From positions 1 through 64,000 of the forward strand of contig JASANG010003752.1 of the NCBI GenBank assembly GCA_030248215.1: DNA of 64,000 nucleotides, in the 5' to 3' direction. Below are positions 1-10,829 of the stretch, piece by piece. A program made the translations under genes and the position numbers. The number at the start of each line of letters is the position of its first letter. Position 1 is the stretch's first letter. The DNA comes from Enoplolaimus lenunculus. Lineage: Eukaryota. The notes below the pieces were generated by a model. It was not told the DNA's origin, searched no databases, and worked only from the letters and a program-made list of their open reading frames with translations.

Positions 1-960
1 CGATCTCTACAACCTGTTGAGAGTGCTAAAAGCCCTCAACCAACAACATCAAAATCTGCGACTGCCTTTACGGTCGACGAACCGACAATAACCAACAAAA
101 CTGAACAACAAACACTGGTGGAGCAGTTACCTGAACGACCACCACCAAAACCGGATCTAACAAAGTACGTTGACATACACACTGGCGAAATGTTGGCACG
201 TGAAATACCACGCCGATACCCGGACTTTGACTATCCGTTTTTCGACGGCGAACGGTTGTGGCAACAACAACAAGAACAGTTACAATTTCACTTACCAGCT
301 ATGTATTTCTCGATGTATGAACCACCTAGATTTAAGGATAACCAGACTGATTGGTTACGTGGACGCATCGCAGAAATTGCTAACAAATTTAAGGAAGAAC
401 TGCAGAAAAGTCTAGCACAACGCATTACAACTATGACAAACCGCGAATTTATTGACCAGTTATGCGCTACAGAAGCATACTTTTTCGAAGCATCACACCA
501 AACTGGCGTACTAGACTTGACAGACACACATTACATTGACGCGTTGCGAACACTAGCAGCATTTGTACGTGACCGAGTTATCCGTGTAATCGGACGTTGC
601 GACCGGAACATGAGCTTTTTACCATGGGTCGCGACAGCACCCTTATCACCGATTAAAATGGAATTATTAATGCGAACTAGTGAACGTTTTCGTAATAACG
701 CACAACTCATGCAACGCTTTCTACAATTACATTTTCCAGCAACAAAGTACTGGAACCAACGACGAACATTTGATTACATGATTTTGGACTATGACGAAGC
801 CAAAACAACTGGCTTGCCACAACAACGGCTACGTGCTATGGAAAAAGAACTAAAGGACGCGACACGCATAATACGTATCGCTACGTTCCGTCACCTTCGT
901 CCGTTAGTCGCCAAGGCGTTAGAAGCTATAGGCGACTATCGGCACGAATGGACACAGTAA
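1..960 (+). CDS. Orphan ORF, 5'-partial, probably the last ORF of an LTR retrotransposon
   Basis: Frame is open from position 1 to TAA at 958-960 (at least 319 codons), with no introns and AATAAA at ~1029. It lies upstream of a PPT+LTR. No domain recognised. Confidence 0.55.
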   Translation, partial: RSLQPVESAKSPQPTTSKSATAFTVDEPTITNKTEQQTLVEQLPERPPPKPDLTKYVDIHTGEMLAREIPRRYPDFDYPFFDGERLWQQQQEQLQFHLPAMYFSMYEPPRFKDNQTDWLRGRIAEIANKFKEELQKSLAQRITTMTNREFIDQLCATEAYFFEASHQTGVLDLTDTHYIDALRTLAAFVRDRVIRVIGRCDRNMSFLPWVATAPLSPIKMELLMRTSERFRNNAQLMQRFLQLHFPATKYWNQRRTFDYMILDYDEAKTTGLPQQRLRAMEKELKDATRIIRIATFRHLRPLVAKALEAIGDYRHEWTQ

Positions 961-1658
961 ACCATAGCACAAGGGTCGCACAATAGCGCCCATATTACTT
1001 TAAAAAGCCTTGACGTCTTTGTATTTTAAATAAAAACTAAACTTGACAAAATAACCAGACAAAATGATAAAGTAATTCACGATTATGACGTTTACCGGAC
1101 TTGACACTATACCAATATTGTACGTTATGTACAATGTCGACTTCTACCCTTGATGCTTCGGCGTCGGGTACTGCCACTGTAATGCTTGAGTCTCACTTAT
1201 AGACCGGCCTCTGCAGTTGGCTTTACGAGCAACACGCGTTGTCTCGATACTGGTGGTTGCCGCATGCAATTTCACCATATGCAGAACATAGTATATTCTC
1301 ACACACTATTTTACACAAAGCCTTGACGTAATGCTAATAAAACCCCAAACATTTTTGCATTGTACTGTTACTGTAATGTGTATTATTCATAGTTTCAGGA
1401 CGTCTGCGGTCTATGGCGACATATATCACTTGGCAAATGGTTTTATCGCATGTTCACTACTGTTTACGTCATTTTAATGTTATTTTGGTGCGCCAGTGAT
1501 GACAATGTCAAAGCAACAAACCGCAGCGTCCACCGTATTTGTTATGTTCGTATGTTACTTGTCGTTCGTTTTATTCGTTTATTGGTCATTTTATGCGTTA
1601 TTGGACTTACTGTTGGCAAAAAGGTAACGTAGGACAATGGGTTTTATCATGGGGTTTT

Positions 1659-1753
1659 CAGGTGCTCGGAAGAGCGAAGCAGGGTATTACTATTTGGGTA
1701 ACAGGTGCTCGGAAGAGCGAAGCAGGGCATCAGGTGCTCGGAAGAGCGAAGCA
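1659..1753 (+). repeat. Three identical 23-nt direct repeats CAGGTGCTCGGAAGAGCGAAGCA
   Basis: Copies at 1659, 1702 and 1731. Each contains GCTC-GGAA-GAGC, a GNRA tetraloop hairpin. Confidence 0.9.
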
Positions 1754-1942
1754 AAAGTTTAGGACTATAAAATGCGAAGTTTATTAAACCAAAGAAGCAA
1801 ACAAAGAAACATTCGCCAAACAACTCAAACAAACATTCCAAAATTTTTGTCATTTATCTTTTTATCTATGCATAATTTTTTCTTTCTTTCAGGTCAATCG
1901 GTTTTTGCATGCCATGGGACGGCATGAGCTGAGTGAGAGGGA

Positions 1943-2886
1943 TGTCGGGTGGGGCCCCAGTGTGCACTCTGTGCCACACTGGTGCCCACCCTCGGCGTCC
2001 CTTGAGCTCCTAGCTATGTCGTTTCCGTGGCGTGCAAATCCTACCCGTCTCAGTCTCGATCCTAGTATCGTGATTTGTAATTAACCGGTGTCCTTTTTAG
2101 CCTTGCTACACTGTTGCTCATTTGTAAAACTACTGTGCTTTAACTTTTCTGTCAAATCCTTGTCAAACTTAGTCTTATTCCTGCCAATTTCGCTTATGTC
2201 AATTACGTGTATTTTTACATATATTTTATATTGTGTTTTCAGGTACTAAAACCCCATTTTCTGACCAAATTCTATGCGCTTAGTGCGTTGCGCATTCCCA
2301 TTTCTACAAATTCTTTTCCCCTTGACCCTTTTGTGCCAGTTCCTATAACCCATATTTCTTGTGATCTTATATACATTTATTTTCATGTTTTCAGGCGCCC
2401 CTTTCCCGTTTCCTACTAATTTCAAGGTGCTCATTCCATTTCGCACCTCTGTTTCTGCCAATTCTGCCCCAGTTCTGTCTTATTTGCCATATTCTGTGGA
2501 TTCTCATTATTATTAGAGAGTATTGGTTAGCGGTAGAATGGTGGTAGCTTTAGGTAGCGGTCCCGTAAGCTGTGTCTGGCGGATTTTTTCCATTTATCGC
2601 TTACAAATTGCAGTTTCCCAATACTTATAATTTCTATAGTGCTTTTCGGCCGCATGGCCCTCGTTCAAAAGCTATAACCGTCGGAAATAGGGAAATTTGG
2701 CAATTTTAGCATCAGCGGGACAAACGGGCTTCTGTTCCATATTTTGTGTTAATTACTTGCGTGTTACTAGTAAACCGGAAAATAGCGTTGTATAGACTCG
2801 CACGAGCCGTAGGAGTGTCTAAATCGTGTTTAAACTGTTCCAGGATCAACCCGAAACTAGACCAAACCCGCCTTCGGATCGGTCGA
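1943..2886 (+). mobile_element. Probable 3' LTR of an LTR retrotransposon, last few bases missing
   Basis: Purine tract GAGTGAGAGGGA (1931-1942) is followed by TGTCGGG. The homologous inverted copy at 8366-9220 supplies a canonical ...CCCTTACA end. Confidence 0.6.
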
Positions 2887-3699
2887 AAATCCCCGTTTTT
2901 GACCAGTCCAGACCTTACATCCGAAAAATTTAAACAAAAATGTTCCCTGATTCCCCTATCCCTGCCGAAACAGAGCACAATTTTCCATTTACCTGCAGCC
3001 CGAATCGGAAATGGTTTTGAATCAAAATTCAAAGCGCAATCACTAATCCGTTTGCATCTTGCGCTCAAATATGTTCAGCTTTCTGCACGACTTCAGTTAG
3101 AAACAATATCTGTTGCTTACAAACGACACTAGCCTTGTTATTACTCCTGCAAGCGCGGGTTTAATAAACATTTGAACTTCAAACCAAAATTAGAATCAAT
3201 TCCAACTCAGGGCAGGAGCAGCTGCCCTCCATACCCCCATTTTGGGGCCCTCACCCCTAAAAAAGCGCACTCCCTAACCGGTTAAAACAAAAACCGCTTA
3301 AGTTTTAAAATGCGTCTGGCTTTTCGCTCGCGAGTATTGGGACCCCACCCTGGAATTTGGGAGGAGCCCCCCACCTCTGCCTGTTCCGGTACTGTTCCAA
3401 CTAACAATATTTCAGTGTGCGACAATATCTACTAAACGCCTTTAACTTTAAAAATTGCAAGAAACATGATGAATACTCGTAAATACTCAGAACGAGCCAC
3501 TAGTCATTGAGCAGCTAGACAATGTTTTCAATTGGCCATAGAGCAGATTCTTCACAGTATTGTCTGAAACAAATTGAAAAAAATTTCTTAACCACTAAGG
3601 GTGGCCATGGTTCTCTTTAGCGACCTCCGTGTTGGCAACTCTGGTGGTAATTAGGTTTTTAATTCATTAGCTAGTTAGCTTAACTGAAAACTAAAATCA

Positions 3700-4537
3700 A
3701 TGGCCAATATATGTCGGCCAAGTCAGTCAGGCTTGGTTTCGATTAACTGTGATGTTTGTCACACTGCAGTTAAAGATTCTGGTGTTTTTTGTTCTCTGTG
3801 CGGCAACTGGTTTCATTATAAATGCCTTGGTATTACGTTTTCCAAAACATTGGAGCACGACAACGTGTTTGTTTTCTGTAACGGCTGCAAGCGCTCGTTT
3901 AACAGCTTAAAAACGGGAATTAACAGTCAAACGGCAATCAGTAATGACCTGCAACAGCATATCGACAACACCGACGATAAAATTAATGAATTAACAAAAG
4001 TGGTCAACGAAATGGCGCAGAAACTGCAACCGATTTTATCCGCCGATCCCGTTGCTCAGGAAAGTCAACAACGAACGCTTGCAGAGATTGCAGCAAAACA
4101 TGCTATCGCCGAAGCTAAAGTTGTCATTGCAGACGACGTTAAGCAAATCCAGGAAGATGAAATTCGTAGACGTAGCGCCGTCGTTATCGGGCTTCCGGAG
4201 TCGGCTGACGACCTTGGTGAAGTACGAAAACTGCCAATTTTTAGACCCTTGCGCTCAAGTTATTGAAGTATTTCGCATGGGCAAAAAAGTCGACAATAAA
4301 CCTCGCCTTTTGAAGGTTCATTTTCCGTCATCGCATGCTCAGCGATCTGTGTTGCGCGAAGCGAAGAATCTATCAGGCTCTGCATGGTCGGGCGTTTTTC
4401 TGCGTCGATCGATGACGCCGGAAGAGGTCAAACTATCAGCGTCCTTACGTAATCGTTGCTCAGAGCACAACAAAGCTGGTGCCAGCGTAGGCATCAAGTA
4501 TATTGTACGGAACAATGTTGTCATCAAGTTTAACTGA
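3700..4537 (+). pseudogene. CR1 ORF1 (PHD finger, coiled coil, RRM-like C-terminus), frameshifted
   Basis: CDVC..FCSLCGNWFHYKC..FCNGC PHD motif, then RRRSAVVIGLPES. Continues in another frame (VFRMGKK..PRLLKVHF) after a frameshift near 4240-4260. Confidence 0.85.
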
Positions 4538-4601
4538 CATACTCGCTGATGGAACACTGAGTAGAGGTATTCGTGATCACCAATTTGTATCCAATGTTGA
4601 T

Positions 4602-7600
4602 GCTTTTATGGGAAACCACTGACTGGGGCAACAACCACACTGAGCAATATTAAGTGTAAGCTTTTCAATGCTAGAAGTGTGTGTAATAAGCTGCCTGAGC
4701 TAATATATCTACAGCAGTGTAATGAATGTTTTTTATTGGCCATTGCGGAGACGTGGCTTGATTCCTCTTACTCGGATTCTATGATAGCCGCTCCTAACTT
4801 TTCTGTATACAGACAGGATCGACTAGACAGACGTGGAGGTGGCGTTGCAATCATTGTGAAGAATACCATAAAACATTCTGTAGTATCGTCAGTACACTGT
4901 CCTGATATTGAATTTGTTGCACTTGACGTTCATGGTTCGACTCCACATAGGTTTGTTTGTGCTTATTGCCCACCTGGTTGTCTGCCACAGTCAGTAGAGC
5001 AATTTACTCGAGTACTTGCTAATCTTTCCAATGTCAGTTATCCATTTACCGTTGTAGGTGACTTTAATTTTCCGTCGATCAACTGGTTCCGCAATGTATG
5101 TTTGGCAGATTCAGCTGGCACGATTTTTCTTGAAAGTACTATTAGCTGTGGACTTGCTCAACTAGTTACCAGCAATACGAGGAATTCTATTCTTGATTTA
5201 TTACTTACAAATTCTGTTCCATAGCGTTCGTAATGTTTTAGTGTCGCCCCCATTTTCGAATAGTGATCACAATTCGGTCGATTTTGAAATTATTGGAGAG
5301 GAAAAATTAAACGGACATCGTTCCTACTTAGATTTTCTGAATATGAATCCATCCATATCCCTATATCTGTTACGTATTGACTGGTTAAATATGTTTCAAT
5401 TGTGTGACAATATTGATGCAATGTGGTCTATTTTTGTTGACAAGATTATTACTGCTATTCAACTTTACGTTCCGTTACGTGCAGTGCGTTCAGCAAAAAA
5501 ATATCCTAGACATATCGCAAGCAGGGTGCAACCGGAATTCCGGTTCCGGCATTTTTTCACCTTCCGGTTCCGGTTCCGGTAAATTTTTACCGGATTTAAA
5601 AATTCCGGTATTATAATTTGGCCGTTTTCTTAACTTTGCTAATTTTTAAGAATCTCTTTTGAAAGCCACTTGTACTCCGAATATAAGCCATTGATGGTGG
5701 ATTTCACTTCAGTCGATGATGAAAATCTAAAATACAACAAATAAAATAAAACCTATGTTCGACTAAGGTTATTTCACAAATAATAGAGCAAAAAATAAGA
5801 TTAAAATGAAATTTTTGGTGAAATGCATTTTTCATTTTCCGGTTCCGGTTCCGGTAAAATTTTCAAATTCCGGTTCCGGTAAATTGTAATTCCGGTTGCA
5901 CCCTGATTGCAAGTGTGGTTAATCTCAAGAATAAATTGTGGAAAAAAAGAAACAGTCTCTTTGGAACTGAATATTTTAAAATCCAGTCTATGGTGGTAAA
6001 AAGATTGATTTCAAAATTTCATGAACAACGACAGAATTCCGTTTTACAGTCAGGTGATAAAAGGAGTATGTACAAGTTTGTTCGTAAAAGTTTCCGCGCC
6101 AATAACTTTGCTATCTCAGCGTTGAGTGACCATCAAAATATTTTGAAATATGAAAATGTGGTAATTGAAAGCATTCTTGCAAATCATTATTCTAGTGTTT
6201 TTGTCAACGACAATGGTTATTCCCCTCCTTGTCGTCGTCGTGTTCCAGTTGATCAACAGCTAAGTCAAATTAATTTTACTTTAGCTGATGTTGATGCAAC
6301 ACTTGCGAAGCTTGATGCTAAAATTTCACATACGCCTAATGGAATTCCTAGCTTGTTTTTAAAACGCCTGCATAGAGAGTTATCGTACCCACTGTTTTTA
6401 CTTTTTAAATATTCTTTATGTTATAATCAAATACATGCCGGTGGGAAAACTGCACACGTAATTCCTATTTTTAAAAAGGGTGATCCGATACTTGCAAAAA
6501 ACTATCGACCCATTTCGCTTACTAGTGTCGTTTGTCGTGTGTTGGAACGAATTATACATAAGCAAATTGTGCAATTTTTAGTTATACATAGTTTCTTTAA
6601 TCCATTTCAGCATGGCTTTGTTGAACGAAAATCAACCTGCACGCAGCTGCTTCAAGTAATGAATGCTTGGAGCTTAGCTATGGATTCTGGTAAAGCAGTA
6701 GATGCCGTTTTCATAGATTTTGCTAAGGCTTTTGATAGCGTAAGCCATAAGAAATTACTTTTGAAAATTGAGAGCTATGGAATTTGTGGTGATCTTTTGA
6801 AGTGGTTGTCAAACTTTTTATCGAATCGCAAACAATTATGCAAAATTGATGACACTTTTTCTTCTCCGCGCAACTTTGCTTCTGGGGTGCCCCAAGGTTC
6901 AGTTCTTGGTCCATTATTGTTTGTTCTATATATTAATGATATTGTTGATGTTGTACAATACTCTCAATTGTTGTTATTTGCTGATGATGTTAAAGTATTT
7001 CGTATAATTGAGAGCCAAGATGACATAAACGCTTTTCAGTCAGAATTACAGGCAATTTATGAGTGGGCAGTACTATGGCAGTTACCGATCGCAGGTGATA
7101 AATGTCAAGTTCTTCGTATTGGTAGCAGACTTTTGACCTCCAATTATTAACTGGGAAACTCCTGTCTGCTGGCTGTAAACGATGTGTCTGACCTTGGTGT
7201 TCTCATCAGTGGTAGTTTAAAAACAACCCTACATATACAGAATATCTGCAAAAAGCATACCGCGTTGTTAATATGTTGTTTCGATCATTTCCTCAATGTC
7301 GAATGGAAATATTGGTTTCAGCATATAAAAGTTATGTCCTTCCGATTTTGGAGTACTGCTCACCTGTATGGTCTCCTCATCTTGTTGGAGACATTGACAG
7401 ACTTGAATCTGTCCAACGATTTTTTACTAGACGTGTATACTACAAATATGGGCTTACAAATGTTAATTATTTGCAACGACTGGCGTACCTGAGTCTCCAA
7501 CCGTTGGAGCTTAGGAGGTTGCTTGCTGATTTAGTTATGTGCTATAAGATTGTTCATGGTGAAGTTGATCTTGATTTTAACGATTTTTTCTGTTATTCAC

Positions 7601-7827
7601 CAGATAGACGTACACGGGGTTATTCATTGAAGTTGTTCGTTCGTAACAGTAGATATGATATACGTAAGTTTAGTTTTGCAAATCGTGTTGTTACTCCGTG
7701 GAACAATCTTGCTGCGAAAGTGGGTGAAATGCCTATAGTGACAGCCAGCAAAGTTAACTTGTTTCGTGATCGGGTGAATAAAGTTGATTTGAATAGGTAT
7801 CTGAAGTTTTCGCGAAACTTGTTCTGA
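4602..7827 (+). pseudogene. CR1 ORF2 (APE endonuclease + reverse transcriptase), disrupted
   Basis: APE motifs NARS, ETWL, GGGV, GDFN, LDL, SDH. RT motifs YRPISLTS, DFAKAFDSV, GVPQGSVLGP, FADD. C-terminal YCSPVWSPH and WNNL. Disrupted by a frameshift at ~5220, the MITE at 5522-5905, TAA at 7148 and a frameshift at ~7250. Confidence 0.92.
5522..5905. mobile_element. hAT-type MITE family A, copy 1 (inside CR1 ORF2)
   Basis: TIR CAGGGTGCAACCGGAATT; 8-bp TSD ATCGCAAG/ATTGCAAG. Removing it restores the frame ..RHIAS-VVNLKN.. Confidence 0.93.
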
Positions 7828-8365
7828 AATTAGCTAGCTATGTTTTGCACTCATTACTTAATTACGTAGGGTATTTGTAAGTGGGTTGTTGTCCCATAAT
7901 ACCCTGAAATGGGTTACCTCAATGTATTGTTTTTCACAATTATTTCTTCCACTTTATTACGTTTGTGTTTTTACATTCGGTATTGTCAATTTCATACAGT
8001 TCATGTAAATAAAGTGGGAGCTGGAAATGGTATCCCATGAAGCTCAACTGATGTAACCATTTCCAACTTCAACTTCAACTTATCAACACAGTGTGAAGAA
8101 TAATTCTATGTTAACTGTGTTATTTTTAATAATTTAGCTAGTTCATGTATAAAAAAATGGGAACTACCAGGTTTGTTATCACTCAATGCCGGACGAGTCG
8201 TGACTTTCTAGTTCCTGAACAGCGAAGTTTCTACGAAAGCAAATGACAAGCATGACACGAATAGAATATGGGATGGTTCGTTTTAGTAAACTGTTAGAAC
8301 CGGCCGCGTGGTCCTTTCAGAATATTACTTCTCAGTTTGGGTCTGTATAATTTTTTAGAGATCAT

Positions 8366-9220
8366 TGTAAGGGTCGACCGATCCGAAGGCGGGTATGGTG
8401 TAGTTTCGGGTTGATCCTGGAACAGCTTTAACACAAGTTTAGACACTCCTATGGCTCGTGAGAGCTTATACACTGTTTTTCCGGTTTACTAGTAACACAC
8501 AAGTAATTGACACAAAATACTGAACACAAGCCCGTTAGTCCCGCTGATACTAAATTGCCAATTTTCCCGGGTTTTGACGATTATAGCTTTTGAGCGAGGG
8601 CCATGTGGCCGAAAAGCATTACAGCAATTACAAGTATTGGGAAAATGCAATATATGTGTGAAACATGAGCAGGATCTGTCAGACACAGCCTACGGGTCCG
8701 CTAGTTGAATTACGTTCGGGCACAATAACAATACACAAATTGTGCAAATTGTAAGTAATCGTTTCCTAGGCCCAAAAATTACTATTCCGACTGAGTAAAA
8801 TACGCCGATTCCGATTTTAGGGGACGCCGGAAAACATGAAAATAAGTGTATATAAGATCACAAAGAATATGACATGTGGGAACTGGCACAAAAGGGTCAA
8901 AGAGGAAAGAATTTGCAGAACTGAGCGCATAGAGTTTGGTCAGAAAATGGGGTTTTAGTACCTGAAAACATAATATGAAATATATGTGAAAATACACGTA
9001 ACTGACATAAGCGAAATTAGCAGAAAAGACAATAAGTTTTATAAGAATTTGGCAGGAATGTCAAAGCACAATTGTTTCACAAATGAGCAGACAATATGGC
9101 AAGGTCAAAAAGATACCGGTTATGTATAAATCACGATACTAAGACCGAGACTAAGACGGCTGGAATTCGCATGCCTCAGAAACGACATAGCTAGGAGCTC
9201 AAGGGACGCCGAGGGTGGGG
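8366..9220 (-). mobile_element. Inverted, 5'-truncated copy of the 1943-2886 LTR (solo LTR of a related subfamily)
   Basis: Reverse complement aligns by eye to 1985-2400 and 2555-2886, with an unrelated middle segment. Terminus reads TGTAAGGG at 8366. Confidence 0.8.
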
Positions 9221-9999
9221 AAAATGCCTAAATCGTGAACTAATCGACATAGATTTCACTATTGTGTTCGAACTGTTAGGGTCAGGAATTTTTAATTAGA
9301 TCATTTTGTGCTAAAATTTGTTGCAACTTGCAAAAAAAAGCATTGACTTTTCTTAATTTCTCTCCAGGGGCGTGCCACAATTGAAATTCAGGAAATGTAA
9401 TATACAAAAAAATTTGGCAATGTCTTGGATTCAGTATATTAATCTACATTATGTCAAAAATACTTTTTCTGGTACATATGTGCTTGTAAAAATTTCGGGT
9501 GAAAACATATCCCCAGTATTCAATGTGCAGCCAAAATTCCGGTTCCGGTAGGGAAATCCGCTATTTTTCACTATCCGCTTTCGCGTATTCTTCGAAAATG
9601 CTGAAAAAACATCATTGAAGGTAGATTTTGTTTCTGCTAAAGTGAAAATGTAAACTGCACAAAAAAAAGTGAAACGTTTTACGTAGTATTCCTAGAATAC
9701 GTAGTAACTTTATTACTTTACAAACAAATTTTGCGATAGGTATTTTGCACATTCCAGTACGGATATTTTTGTTTTTCAGTACAGGTATTTTTCACTTTGC
9801 AGCTCGGATATTTTTTACTTTCCGATTCTGATATTTTGTATTTCTGGTTTCACCCTGACTCTATCGTCTCCTTGTATGTCTACGCCCCTGTTTCTGTCGT
9901 TTGATCTCTGCTGTATAAAGTTTATTCCGAGAATTCAGCTTCATTTCTCATACTTGTAGTATAAAACAAATGTATCACAATACATATATAACACATATT

Positions 10000-10718
10000 G
10001 GCTGAGTTTATGAAAACTTACTTGAGTACTTAGTCATTGCCTTAAGCGAATACTTAACGTTTTAAGGAAAACAAATAAACGCCACAGGTGTGCCACTGTC
10101 ATTATAGAAAGGTATAGTTTTGTTTAGTTTAAGAGGTTTGACAAGTCTACAGTTTTAATTAGGCCAAGGGCAGGGTGCAACCGGAATTCCGGTTCCGGCA
10201 TTTTTTCACCTTCCGGTTCCGGTTCCGGTAAATTTTTACCGGATTTAAAAATTCCGGTGTTATAATTTGGCCGTTTAAGAATCTCTTTTGAAAGCCACTT
10301 GTACTCAGAATATAAGCCGTTGATGGTGGATTTCACTTCAGTCGACGACGAAAATCTAAAATACAACAAATAAAATAAATACCTGTGTTCGACTAAGGTT
10401 GTTTCACAAATAATAGAGCAAAAAATACGATAAAAATGAAATTTTTGGTGAAATGCATTTTTCATTTTCCGGTTCCGGTTCCGGTAAAATTTTCAAATTC
10501 CGGTTCCGGTTCCGGTAAATTGTAATTCCGGTTGCACCCTGGCAAAGGGTAATATGCCTGATCTTTTGATCAGTAGTATATATCAAATTTAGTCAGTGAC
10601 TTAAGTATACTTGAAATAAGTAAGCTTTTAAAAACGACACTATGGTTTAGTAATTGCTTAGGATATTATACTTTAGTATTAAGTCGTACTTAAGTAGTAG
10701 GGTTTCGGAAACCGAGCT
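10000..10718. mobile_element. MITE family B (GGCTGGG-type TIR, TACTTAAG-rich subtermini), interrupted by family A
   Basis: Homologous uninterrupted copies at 32109-32478 and ~61038-61412. Confidence 0.75.
10171..10541. mobile_element. hAT-type MITE family A, copy 2
   Basis: Same TIR and body as 5522-5905; TSD GCCAAGGG/GCAAAGGG. Confidence 0.93.
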
Positions 10719-10829
10719 AATATGTGTTTTACATAGTATTCAGAATAAATGCAGATATTATTATCGATTGAACAATGAATTACAATAATATCTAAACGTG
10801 GATTTCGAGGTAATAATACACAAGTTGAC

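Larger units (their letters stand above)
3600..8080 (+). mobile_element. Near full-length, decayed CR1-clade non-LTR retrotransposon
   Basis: ORF1 has a PHD finger; ORF2 has APE endonuclease plus RT. 3' UTR hairpins (AGGGTATT..AATACCCT ~7868-7905; GGAAATGGT..ACCATTTCC ~8023-8064) and a (TTCAAC)n tail at ~8062-8080. 5' boundary approximate. Confidence 0.9.

Noticed and set aside
1659..1753. CRISPR-like repeat-spacer pattern
   Set aside because: Only three repeats with spacers of 20 and 6 nt, no cas genes, eukaryotic context.
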